Virus record (IMG/VR): IMGVR_UViG_3300043409_000928
Coordinates: 1 to 64,000 of that record
Direction: 5' to 3' (one strand)
Length of the DNA: 64,000 nt
A program made the translations under genes and the position numbers. Under the pieces are notes generated by a model, which saw only the letters and a list, made by a program, of their open reading frames with translations, was not told the origin of the DNA and made no database searches. This document shows positions 28,100 to 34,983 of this stretch, one piece after another. The first letter of the stretch is position 1. Every line of letters starts with the position of its first letter.

Positions 28100-29581
28100 T
28101 TATAACGACATTAATAGTTGTATGTACTCGGTCAGCCGCTTGTCTTTTGCTGTGACCAGTTCAAAACGAGTCCATTTATTTTTATTTTCTTTTAAAAATC
28201 TATCTTCACTGAATCCAAGTTGAAGTAATTGCAGTATTGACCATGATCCGTGATAGGCATTAGTGGTCAGATTTATCTCCGTTATTGTTTCTTTAAGAAA
28301 TTTGCTAGTTTCTTTAAAACTCCAATAATCGTTATGCCAATTTCCACGATCTTGTTTGATAGGAAAAAAGTAACCGTATTTTTCTTTTTCTTTTTCAAAC
28401 TCACTTGGATTTCGAATCAATGATGTTGTATCGTCGGTAGCCATCATACCCAGGCAATGCCAGGAAATATTGTACAGGTTATTATCATTGAACCAGTGTG
28501 CTGTGCTCTTGATACTTTCTCTAGTGTCACCGGGTAGTCCAATGATAAAACTTAGTGTCTGGTGTATCTTGCCTTTCCAGATATTATGATAAAGTTCTGG
28601 TATATACTCTCGGGCTCGTTTCCCACTCCAACCTTTGCCTATACTGGCCGATGCTTGTTCTCCTAGTGTTTCAATACCATGAAACGTGCTTATCATTCCA
28701 GTTTCTTGCAGTATGTGAGGAACGTCGTCAAATCGCTCCAGTAGGTCGGCTCGTATATAAGATGTAAACTTAATTTTGAATGGTAAACTAGTAATCATGT
28801 CATGCCAAGCTTTCATCTTGTATTCTGTATCGTTGAAAGTGTCGCATATAACGTAGTACAGTTGTGTACCAAAGTTTTCATAGTTACTCAACATCTCTTC
28901 TTTGACCAAGTCAAAGCTTCTAAGGTAGTCTAGCTTTCCTCGACCTAATAATAGGTGATTACAAAATTTACACTTGAAGATACATCCTCGACTTATTTCA
29001 ACTGGTAGTGCTTCGCCTGGTAATATTGCATCTTGTTTGACAAATCTAAAATTGTCAGTTTCAATGTTAAAGTTTTCATGTATTGGTACTGAGTAAACTT
29101 TATATGTTTGACTTGTAATTCTTGTGTTCTCTAATGTATAAGCAGGCTCATCACCGTGTCCTGAGATATGCTTCAGGACATCTACAAATATATCTTCACC
29201 ATATTTTGAAACAACTGAATGAATATTTTGTATTGTTGAGAGTGTCAATCCTGAAAGACCGTAGCCACCAAATATTAATTTTAGATTTGGATATTTTGCT
29301 GTAATGTGATTCAAAGCCAGTGTAAAACTTGCTGTAAATTGCATCTGACCAACGGTAGGTGTAAGGAATGTTGTACTGACACCCAGTACTAATGTGTCAT
29401 TGGAAACAAATTTTTCCAGTGCTGCCACAAGTTGATCATAAGAAAAATAAACCACATGATCAATAACTTGTGCTGTGTATCCGGCTTGCCTTACTGAGTG
29501 AGCAATTTTATATGCGCCCAGAGTACGATACATTGTAATGTTACTAACGTCTGGTCCAGTGTTAAGAATAACAACATCCAT
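28100..29581 (-). CDS. B12-binding radical SAM protein (class B methyltransferase-like)
   Basis: N-terminal B12 domain (GVSTTF, IFGG, GE); SRGCIFKCKFC; GIET; IIGLPGDT. Confidence 0.85.
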   Translation of the reverse strand: MDVVILNTGPDVSNITMYRTLGAYKIAHSVRQAGYTAQVIDHVVYFSYDQLVAALEKFVSNDTLVLGVSTTFLTPTVGQMQFTASFTLALNHITAKYPNLKLIFGGYGLSGLTLSTIQNIHSVVSKYGEDIFVDVLKHISGHGDEPAYTLENTRITSQTYKVYSVPIHENFNIETDNFRFVKQDAILPGEALPVEISRGCIFKCKFCNHLLLGRGKLDYLRSFDLVKEEMLSNYENFGTQLYYVICDTFNDTEYKMKAWHDMITSLPFKIKFTSYIRADLLERFDDVPHILQETGMISTFHGIETLGEQASASIGKGWSGKRAREYIPELYHNIWKGKIHQTLSFIIGLPGDTRESIKSTAHWFNDNNLYNISWHCLGMMATDDTTSLIRNPSEFEKEKEKYGYFFPIKQDRGNWHNDYWSFKETSKFLKETITEINLTTNAYHGSWSILQLLQLGFSEDRFLKENKNKWTRFELVTAKDKRLTEYIQLLMSL

Positions 29582-29627
29582 TTACTTTTATTCCTTGAAA
29601 ATTTAGTGGCTGTGTTACTTATTGTAA

Positions 29628-29655
29628 TGGCTCCAGTGGCTGGGATCGAACTCAG
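29628..29655 (-). pseudogene. tRNA 3'-end remnant
   Basis: CTGAGTTCGATCCCAGCCACTGGAGCCA: T-arm, acceptor strand and CCA only. Confidence 0.65.
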
Positions 29656-29668
29656 GCTGAGAAGTATA

Positions 29669-29744
29669 TGGCTGGCAAACCTGGGCTCGAACCAGGGACA
29701 TTTCGGTTAACAGCCGAACGCTCTACCAACTGAGCTATATGCCA
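29669..29744 (-). tRNA. tRNA-Asn(GTT)
   Basis: CTGTTAA loop; G73. Confidence 0.95.
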
Positions 29745-29760
29745 ATAATAAATTTAATTC

Positions 29761-29890
29761 ACTTTATAGGTGCTCTCTGTGACGCTTGAATTCACGGTAG
29801 CCCTGCTCTTCCTGGCACCTCTTGACCTGCTCGAGACTAGTCAAGTGCAGTGTTGTTCCAGTGTAGCTACTCAGAAAGCACGTATAAAGT
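29761..29890 (-). ncRNA. Stem-closed ncRNA candidate
   Basis: ACTTTATACGTGCTTTCTG...CAGAGAGCACCTATAAAGT. Confidence 0.5.
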
Positions 29891-30088
29891 GTCCGGCTAC
29901 TCACACCACATGAGCCCCGGACTGAGCGGTTACTCTGTCCATAACATTTTTCTTATGGGATGGCGTTATACCACACCCCAGGCAGTTTCCAGTATCCCAT
30001 ATAGTGGGACTGTGAGGTCAGGTCCTAGTGTACCCCCTGTTCTCTCGTTTCAGGGACGCTGTTTTATAACGCAAAACAGTAAACCGGG
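29890..30088 (-). ncRNA. Structured ncRNA candidate, copy A
   Basis: Shares ordered motifs with 32545-32745. Confidence 0.6.
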
Positions 30089-30322
30089 TTATTTAATTTT
30101 ACGCATATAGTTTTTTACATTTATTTCGCCTGAATTAAATTCAAGCAATGCAGTTACCGGTGCGTTAAATTGTTCTGTCTTTCCATCATTCCTATGCTGG
30201 CTTGCTAGTTCTCTTGCTCGAGCAGATGCCATAAGAATCAGATTAAACTTGTTTCCGCCTGCATTTTCAATGCATACCTCCACATCAATTTCTGTGCCGC
30301 GACTTAGTGATTTAGAATGCAT
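30089..30322 (-). CDS. rpoZ: RNA polymerase omega subunit homolog
   Basis: NKFNLILMASARAREL...PVTALLEF..GEI. Confidence 0.8.
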   Translation of the reverse strand: MHSKSLSRGTEIDVEVCIENAGGNKFNLILMASARARELASQHRNDGKTEQFNAPVTALLEFNSGEINVKNYMRKIK

Positions 30323-30348
30323 TGTTTGCCTTTGTTGTTAACTACTCA

Positions 30349-30422
30349 TGGAGCGGGATAAGAGAATCGAACTCTTGACCGAAGATTGGAAATCTGCTGT
30401 TTTACCATTAAACTAATCCCGC
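30349..30422 (-). tRNA. tRNA-Gly(TCC)
   Basis: TTTCCAA loop; U73. Confidence 0.95.
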
Positions 30423-30955
30423 CAATGCACACCACCTACCTGTGTCAAACGTAATGCTATGCTGACTCTGGTATCAGTTACGCCTGATACGTTATGTAGA
30501 ATATTCGAGTGAAGCATCACCCATTTTCTTAACGGCACTATAGTCGAATAACATTTTTCGAGGTCGTCAAACACAGTTGTATTTGCTATGCTAGCTTTTC
30601 TAATTAAAGGAAATCCCTTTTCTATGAACCAATTTGTCTGAACATCTATGCCCCCTTGATCCAGGATATAAAAAATAGTAGTTTCACCTGCCGCGTCTGT
30701 GTGAGGAGCTTTAGTTCCGTATGGGGGGAGAATTTCTTGAATAGAACTGTCACTTAACTGGTAACCATCCAGTTGAGGCACAATATTTGCTGTTATCCAA
30801 TCTTTCATTTTTGTTGACTGCCTGTATTTCATAAAACACTGTTGTCTAGCATAGTATTGAGAAGACAGTGAAATACAGGAATATGCGTCTTGTTCTAGAT
30901 CATATGGTAAGGGTGGATAATCTAATTCTTTATAAAAATCTTCAGGACTAAACAT
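30413..30955 (-). CDS. 2OG-Fe(II)-like DSBH protein
   Basis: PHTD ... ILHNV ... R; stop codon lies inside tRNA-Gly. Confidence 0.6.
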   Translation of the reverse strand: MFSPEDFYKELDYPPLPYDLEQDAYSCISLSSQYYARQQCFMKYRQSTKMKDWITANIVPQLDGYQLSDSSIQEILPPYGTKAPHTDAAGETTIFYILDQGGIDVQTNWFIEKGFPLIRKASIANTTVFDDLEKCYSTIVPLRKWVMLHSNILHNVSGVTDTRVSIALRLTQVGGVHWRD

Positions 30956-30977
30956 TACTTTTTCTCCGTTTTAAACT

Positions 30978-31054
30978 TGGTCGGAGTACTAGGATTCGAA
31001 CCTAGGACCTCATCGTCCCAAACGATGCGAACTACCGGGCTGTTCTACACTCCG
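30978..31054 (-). tRNA. tRNA-Pro(TGG)
   Basis: TTTGGGA loop. Confidence 0.95.
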
Positions 31055-31061
31055 ACATAAC

Positions 31062-31136
31062 TGGTTGCAGGGGATGGATTCGAACCACCGATCTTCAGCT
31101 TATGAGACTGACGAGTTGCCACTTCTCTACCCCGCG
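31062..31136 (-). tRNA. tRNA-Met(CAT), initiator-like
   Basis: C1:A72 mismatch; CTCATAA. Confidence 0.9.
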
Positions 31137-31155
31137 ATAACTTACTAACTTTAAC

Positions 31156-31231
31156 TGGTGCCGCTTGTCGGATTCGAACTGACCACCTGCCGCTTACAAG
31201 GCGGCTGCTCTACCAAATGAGCTAAAGCGGC
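31156..31231 (-). tRNA. tRNA-Thr(TGT)
   Basis: CTTGTAA loop. Confidence 0.95.
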
Positions 31232-31260
31232 GAAACTTTTATAACCTTACTTATGTGTGC

Positions 31261-31335
31261 TGGTGCGCGGTGAGAGTTTCGAACTCCCGACCCTCTCGGT
31301 GTAAACGAGACGCTCTACCACTGAGCTAACCGCGC
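31261..31335 (-). tRNA. tRNA-Val(TAC)
   Basis: TTTACAC loop. Confidence 0.95.
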
Positions 31336-31345
31336 CGTTGATTTA

Positions 31346-31786
31346 TTAATCACCTAGATATTCGTAATTGGTTGACTCAGTGTTTTCTCTAAAAACAATA
31401 GCACCATTTTTTGTATGAAACCTTTTGGCCATCTCTGTTTTAGGACTCAGTGTAACAAATCTTTTAATATGTGTCTTGTGCTGTTGTATATGCTTCACTG
31501 CATCAAATATCAACTGTTTACCAGCGCCTGGCTTGTAACTCCAGATTGTATAAAATACTGCTGTGTCTGGTTCCTCTGAACTTTCAAACAATTGATCTTC
31601 GCTGGTGGGAATTCCAATTTGGTAACTCACACAAGTAATGGCTCGTGCTATATCATTTTCATCTCTTAAAACAAAAATGTCTTTGTTATCGCCCATGCGC
31701 TCTACAGTAGGAATATGCGGGCGTACTGGATCGTCCTTGAGATATTCTGCAAGTTTTTCACTTAGATTTTGAAGAAGGTATAACAT
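31346..31786 (-). CDS. Conserved phage protein, GNAT-like fold
   Basis: DDPVRP, AVFYTIWS..GAG, FVTLSP. Confidence 0.7.
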   Translation of the reverse strand: MLYLLQNLSEKLAEYLKDDPVRPHIPTVERMGDNKDIFVLRDENDIARAITCVSYQIGIPTSEDQLFESSEEPDTAVFYTIWSYKPGAGKQLIFDAVKHIQQHKTHIKRFVTLSPKTEMAKRFHTKNGAIVFRENTESTNYEYLGD

Positions 31787-31961
31787 CAGAGTTACTTAGT
31801 CGTTTATAATTGTTATTGCTATCATCTTTGATAACTGCTTCGGCTTGGTTCTCACCTTCAGCCTTTTTCTTTTTTCCAAACGCCAATTCCCAATTGCTTG
31901 TAAATGTATCTTCATCTACACTCTTTGGTCTTGGCGCGGATCCTTTGCCAGCTTCTTGCAT
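31758..31961 (-). CDS. Small conserved phage protein
   Basis: GKGSAPRP...NWELAFG. Confidence 0.6.
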   Translation of the reverse strand: MQEAGKGSAPRPKSVDEDTFTSNWELAFGKKKKAEGENQAEAVIKDDSNNNYKRLSNSDVIPSSKSK

Positions 31962-31982
31962 ACTAACTTTCCTTTAAAATAG

Positions 31983-32058
31983 TGGTGGAGGTGACAAGGA
32001 TCGAACTTGCGACATCCAGCTTGCAAAGCTGGCGCTCTCCCAACTGAGCTACACCCCC
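31983..32058 (-). tRNA. tRNA-Ala(TGC)
   Basis: G3-U70; TTTGCAA. Confidence 0.95.
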
Positions 32059-32076
32059 AAAAATTTTATGATTTGC

Positions 32077-32164
32077 ACCATAGAAAAACACACTCAAGTC
32101 CGCGGCACGGAAGGCACTATACCCGCGATGGCTTTTGACCAGGCCTAGTGTGTTTATCTATAGT
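32077..32164 (-). ncRNA. Stem-closed ncRNA candidate
   Basis: ACTATAGATAAACACACT...AGTGTGTTTTTCTATGGT, near-identical stem to 19656-19788. Confidence 0.55.
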
Positions 32165-32165
32165 T

Positions 32166-32273
32166 AGCATATTGAAACACACTATACAACAGGTTTAGGT
32201 CTGCTTCTGTATCCTGCTACGGCCGAGTATGAAGTTATCTCTGGACCTATGCCGTAATGTGTTTTAATATGCT
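32166..32273 (-). ncRNA. Stem-closed ncRNA candidate
   Basis: AGCATATTAAAACACATT...AGTGTGTTTCAATATGCT. Confidence 0.55.
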
Positions 32274-32460
32274 CTGCGAACCCCGGTGGTAATTGTAGTG
32301 CATCCTCTCCCGGGTTACCCCAGTACGACCTCACCTTCCACCCACTTCCCGGCAGGTTCCGTTAACGCATTGCCAGCGGCCTTTTGGTTCGAAGACTACC
32401 ACCCGTGGTTGTCACACCACTTCTCATCCTGCGGGTCACAGTATCCGACGACACTCGGAA
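32272..32460 (-). ncRNA. GC-rich structured ncRNA candidate
   Basis: CTGTGACCC/GGGTTCGCAG and GGTGGTAGT/ATTACCACC long-range stems. Confidence 0.5.
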
Positions 32461-32464
32461 CGTC

Positions 32465-32540
32465 TGGTTGCGGGGCTTGGATTTGAACCAAGGATGGCAA
32501 TGGCTTATGAGACCACGCTGGTGACCAGGCCCTCCCCGCG
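32465..32540 (-). tRNA. tRNA-Met(CAT), initiator-like, aberrant D arm
   Basis: C1:A72; CTCATAA; CCA. Confidence 0.8.
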
Positions 32541-32544
32541 ATTA

Positions 32545-32745
32545 GGATTAAGCTACTGGTTTCCACACCAGCCCTTAAATTGAGCAGTTACTCTGTCCAT
32601 CTCATTTATTCAAAGTCTGTGTGCAGTTGAGATTCTGCCTATCAGAGTCTGCGAGGGTAGTTTCCAGCCTCACGCTTACGGTTTTCTGCCACCGGATCTC
32701 TATCGCTAATCAAACGCTATTTTAACGAAAATAGTAACGGGATAG
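32545..32745 (-). ncRNA. Structured ncRNA candidate, copy B
   Basis: Shares ordered motifs with 29890-30088. Confidence 0.6.
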
Positions 32746-32870
32746 ATGGGCTCAGTTACAAACTGATTTAATGCTCCCTGCTCGGCGTTTTGACTTGCAT
32801 CCTTTTCAGGCTGACCTTCAAGGTCCATTTAATGCGTCCTGCTTTGCGTTCTGGAACCACCCTAAACTCT

Positions 32871-32899
32871 ATTATAGCACCAATCAACGTGAGTGTCAA
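32871..32899 (-). promoter_or_regulatory. sigma70 promoter (internal)
   Basis: TTGACA-17-TATAAT. Confidence 0.8.
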
Positions 32900-32913
32900 T
32901 TGGTGCCAAATCT

Positions 32914-32988
32914 TGGCGACTCGTGGGAGAATCGAACTCCCGTAAGCGGATAGACAATCCGCAGTAATAACCTCTATACGAACGAGCC
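32914..32988 (-). tRNA. tRNA-Asp(GTC)
   Basis: TTGTCTA loop; G73. Confidence 0.92.
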
Positions 32989-32995
32989 TAATTTC

Positions 32996-33080
32996 TGGTG
33001 CGACTGGCCGGAATCGAACCGGCACGCCCTTCAGCGAGAGATTTTAAGTCTCTTGTGTCTACCGATTTCACCACAGTCGC
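32996..33080 (-). tRNA. tRNA-Leu(TAA)
   Basis: CTTAAAA loop; long variable arm. Confidence 0.95.
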
Positions 33081-33083
33081 AAT

Positions 33084-33300
33084 ACCATATGTAAAATTAC
33101 AAAGGAACTCCACTTACCTTGCAGGACCGTCTCCTGCTACTTCTGCTTCGTCATTACGCTCTAGTAAATCCTACCGTGCCATTTGGTGATGTTGCCATCC
33201 CTCAGCTTTCATATACACTACATTGAGCCAGCCCGTCAGCTGGTTATACTCAATACAGGTACCTAGCAGTACTAGTAACCTTTATAACTTTACATATGGT
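33084..33300 (-). ncRNA. Stem-closed ncRNA candidate (~215 nt)
   Basis: ACCATATGTAAAGTTATAAAGG...CCTTTGTAATTTTACATATGGT. Confidence 0.55.
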
Positions 33301-33371
33301 ACTCGATAGGAGAATCGAACTCCTCTTTCCGGCGTGAAAGGCCAGCGTCCTAACCGATAGACGAATCGAGC
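33297..33371 (-). tRNA. tRNA-Glu(TTC)
   Basis: CTTTCAC loop. Confidence 0.95.
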
Positions 33372-33386
33372 ACAAATGCCACCAAA

Positions 33387-33399
33387 TTTTTAAAGAACA
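33387..33399 (-). promoter_or_regulatory. boxA-like antitermination element
   Basis: TGTTCTTTAAAAA vs rrn boxA TGCTCTTTAACA. Confidence 0.6.
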
Positions 33400-33430
33400 A
33401 TCACTTCAACTTTCGCTGTAGTGTTTGGTT

Positions 33431-33566
33431 ATTATATACGGACAATGCCGTAATGTCAACCGTTTTCTAACTTTCTTTTGTTGTATTTCTACAACAACTT
33501 TCAAACTGTTTCTACTGTATTGCTACAGTATGCCACTAGTATATGCTATCTACTGATTCCTGTCAA
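33431..33566 (-). promoter_or_regulatory. Tandem sigma70 promoters, each with an upstream palindrome
   Basis: TTGACA-17-TATAAT (33431-33459); TTGACA-17-TATACT (33538-33566); TGTTGTATTTCTACAACA at 33479 and 33586. Confidence 0.8.
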
Positions 33567-33607
33567 CAACTATCTGCCTTTATTTTGTTGTATTTCTACA
33601 ACAAACT

Positions 33608-33681
33608 TGGAGCGGGATAGGAGAATCGAACTCCTGACTAAACCTTGGCAAGGTTTCGTTTGACCATTAAACTAATCCCGC
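33608..33681 (-). tRNA. tRNA-Gly(GCC)
   Basis: TTGCCAA loop; U73. Confidence 0.95.
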
Positions 33682-33697
33682 ATAACCTTTCCACAAT

Positions 33698-33728
33698 AAA
33701 AAAACCCTGGAGTTTTTATTTCCAGGGC
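33698..33728 (-). terminator. Attenuator terminator ahead of tRNA cluster 2
   Basis: CCCTGGA-AATAAAAAC-TCCAGGG-TTTTTTT. Confidence 0.85.
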
Positions 33729-33751
33729 CTGTAATCTCACTATGCGTAGAG

Positions 33752-33817
33752 TTACGGCCTCGGAGTATCCTCTGTGGCTGGTCCTGTATTACCTGGTAAC
33801 AATTTTGCATTTAACAT
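33752..33817 (-). CDS. Leader (attenuator) peptide 2, 21 aa
   Basis: MLNAKLLPGNTGPATEDTPRP; ATG 6 nt after TATAAT (leaderless); 3' end pairs with terminator arm. Confidence 0.75.
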   Translation of the reverse strand: MLNAKLLPGNTGPATEDTPRP

Positions 33818-33823
33818 AGTACC

Positions 33824-33852
33824 ATTATATATCCTTTTAAACAAGAAGTCAA
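33824..33852 (-). promoter_or_regulatory. sigma70 promoter of tRNA cluster 2 leader
   Basis: TTGACT-17-TATAAT. Confidence 0.85.
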
Positions 33853-33855
33853 TGG

Positions 33856-34518
33856 TTATGGCGAAATAAATTGAGATTTTATTTTTTGCCAAACACCGTC
33901 AGTTGATCCAGTAGCACAATCTACAATGCGGGCAGTGACAGTGACTCGCCAACCTGCACCTTGGATAACATGATGGGGGAGATTGGTACGAACCAACGCA
34001 CTTGGCGTATTAGTTGTTGATTCAAAAATAACAGGAGGAACACCATCCCAATCAATTTTACCTGCCTTCAAGTCCATGACCCAAGGATACGTGTAGTCTA
34101 GAATTTTAGTTCCACCAAGGTTGATATCATAGTCATTGTATCCATCACCTGTATCCAGGAACCAGCGTATTGCACCGGCGCCTGTTGTGAGATCATAGAA
34201 ATTTATTCTAGCCTCAAGTTTGCCTGCATCCACATGTACGTTCTTATCAAACAAGTTTGGGCAAACAATAAAAATACCCATAGTCTCTGCACGTAGCCCC
34301 AATGGATTTAAAAATGCATCTGCTACTGCCCGTGTAGCATCCAGCTTACAATCTAGGGTGTGTTCTGGATTAAAATACAGGCGTTGATCATTTTTGTGAC
34401 GCTCCAACAACAACTGTACTACCCCACTTTGCAATGCTTCCTTATCCTCTTCTGGCAATGTTAGTGTTAAAGGAATAAAGTAATCGGCGTTGGGTGTTGG
34501 TAGTGCAGTAATATCCAT
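33856..34518 (-). CDS. 2OG-Fe(II)-like DSBH protein
   Basis: VHVD ... RTNLPH ... WRVT; TAAATA-4nt-ATG. Confidence 0.6.
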   Translation of the reverse strand: MDITALPTPNADYFIPLTLTLPEEDKEALQSGVVQLLLERHKNDQRLYFNPEHTLDCKLDATRAVADAFLNPLGLRAETMGIFIVCPNLFDKNVHVDAGKLEARINFYDLTTGAGAIRWFLDTGDGYNDYDINLGGTKILDYTYPWVMDLKAGKIDWDGVPPVIFESTTNTPSALVRTNLPHHVIQGAGWRVTVTARIVDCATGSTDGVWQKIKSQFISP

Positions 34519-34521
34519 CAC

Positions 34522-34980
34522 TTATTTATTTTGCGTTAGAACCAGTTTGCATGTGGCCATAAACTCATCATATGCCGCTTGTACCATTGGATGCTCTAAC
34601 AGCTTGACCGCTTCTGCTTCCATTGCTTTTAGGCCAGCTTCGGTAACTTCTCTAGCACTGGGAATTTCAATGTAATAGCGTTCGTCACCAAAGGCCTTGG
34701 CCAGGGCTTCCCATGCCTTCTTTTGTTTTACAGTGATAGGCTTGTTATGTGGTCGCATTTCGCTTGCTTGTTGTACAGCCTTGCTCATGGCATCTTCTGC
34801 AAATCTGCCTGCGGCAATCATTGGAGCCAAGGCTGGTTCAATATTGAAGCGACGAGTCTGTCCACCAGGGTAGCTCATTACTAGATGATTACCTTTAGTG
34901 AAACCATCCAGCAAGTTGCTGTCGTATTCTGAAACTGGAACATACCTGCGTCCAACTTTTTCGTAATAGATCTTTTTCAT
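34522..34980 (-). CDS. Conserved phage hypothetical protein
   Basis: YYEKVGRRYVPVSEY. Confidence 0.7.
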   Translation of the reverse strand: MKKIYYEKVGRRYVPVSEYDSNLLDGFTKGNHLVMSYPGGQTRRFNIEPALAPMIAAGRFAEDAMSKAVQQASEMRPHNKPITVKQKKAWEALAKAFGDERYYIEIPSAREVTEAGLKAMEAEAVKLLEHPMVQAAYDEFMATCKLVLTQNK

Positions 34981-34983
34981 TCT

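Noticed and set aside
29628-29655. Prophage attachment site
   Set aside because: No integrase in the window, phage genes on both sides, and the fragment is not identical to the adjacent tRNA.
19656-33300. CRISPR array from recurring AAACACACT or TGTTGTA motifs
   Set aside because: Repeats are inverted or dispersed, not regularly spaced direct repeats; no cas genes seen.
33513-33530. LexA box (TACTGTATTGCTACAGTA)
   Set aside because: Spacing is CTGT-N6-ACAG rather than N8; fits better as a variant of the local 18-bp palindrome.
17324-33663. Track ORFs overlapping tRNAs and ncRNAs (e.g. 17324, 17418, 19263, 20109, 29498, 32286, 32768, 32998, 33478)
   Set aside because: Incidental frames over RNA genes, without RBS or protein motifs.
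17145-33681. Suppressor tRNAs or alternative genetic code
   Set aside because: No CTA, TTA or TCA anticodon among the 29 tRNAs; long genes translate intact in the standard code.
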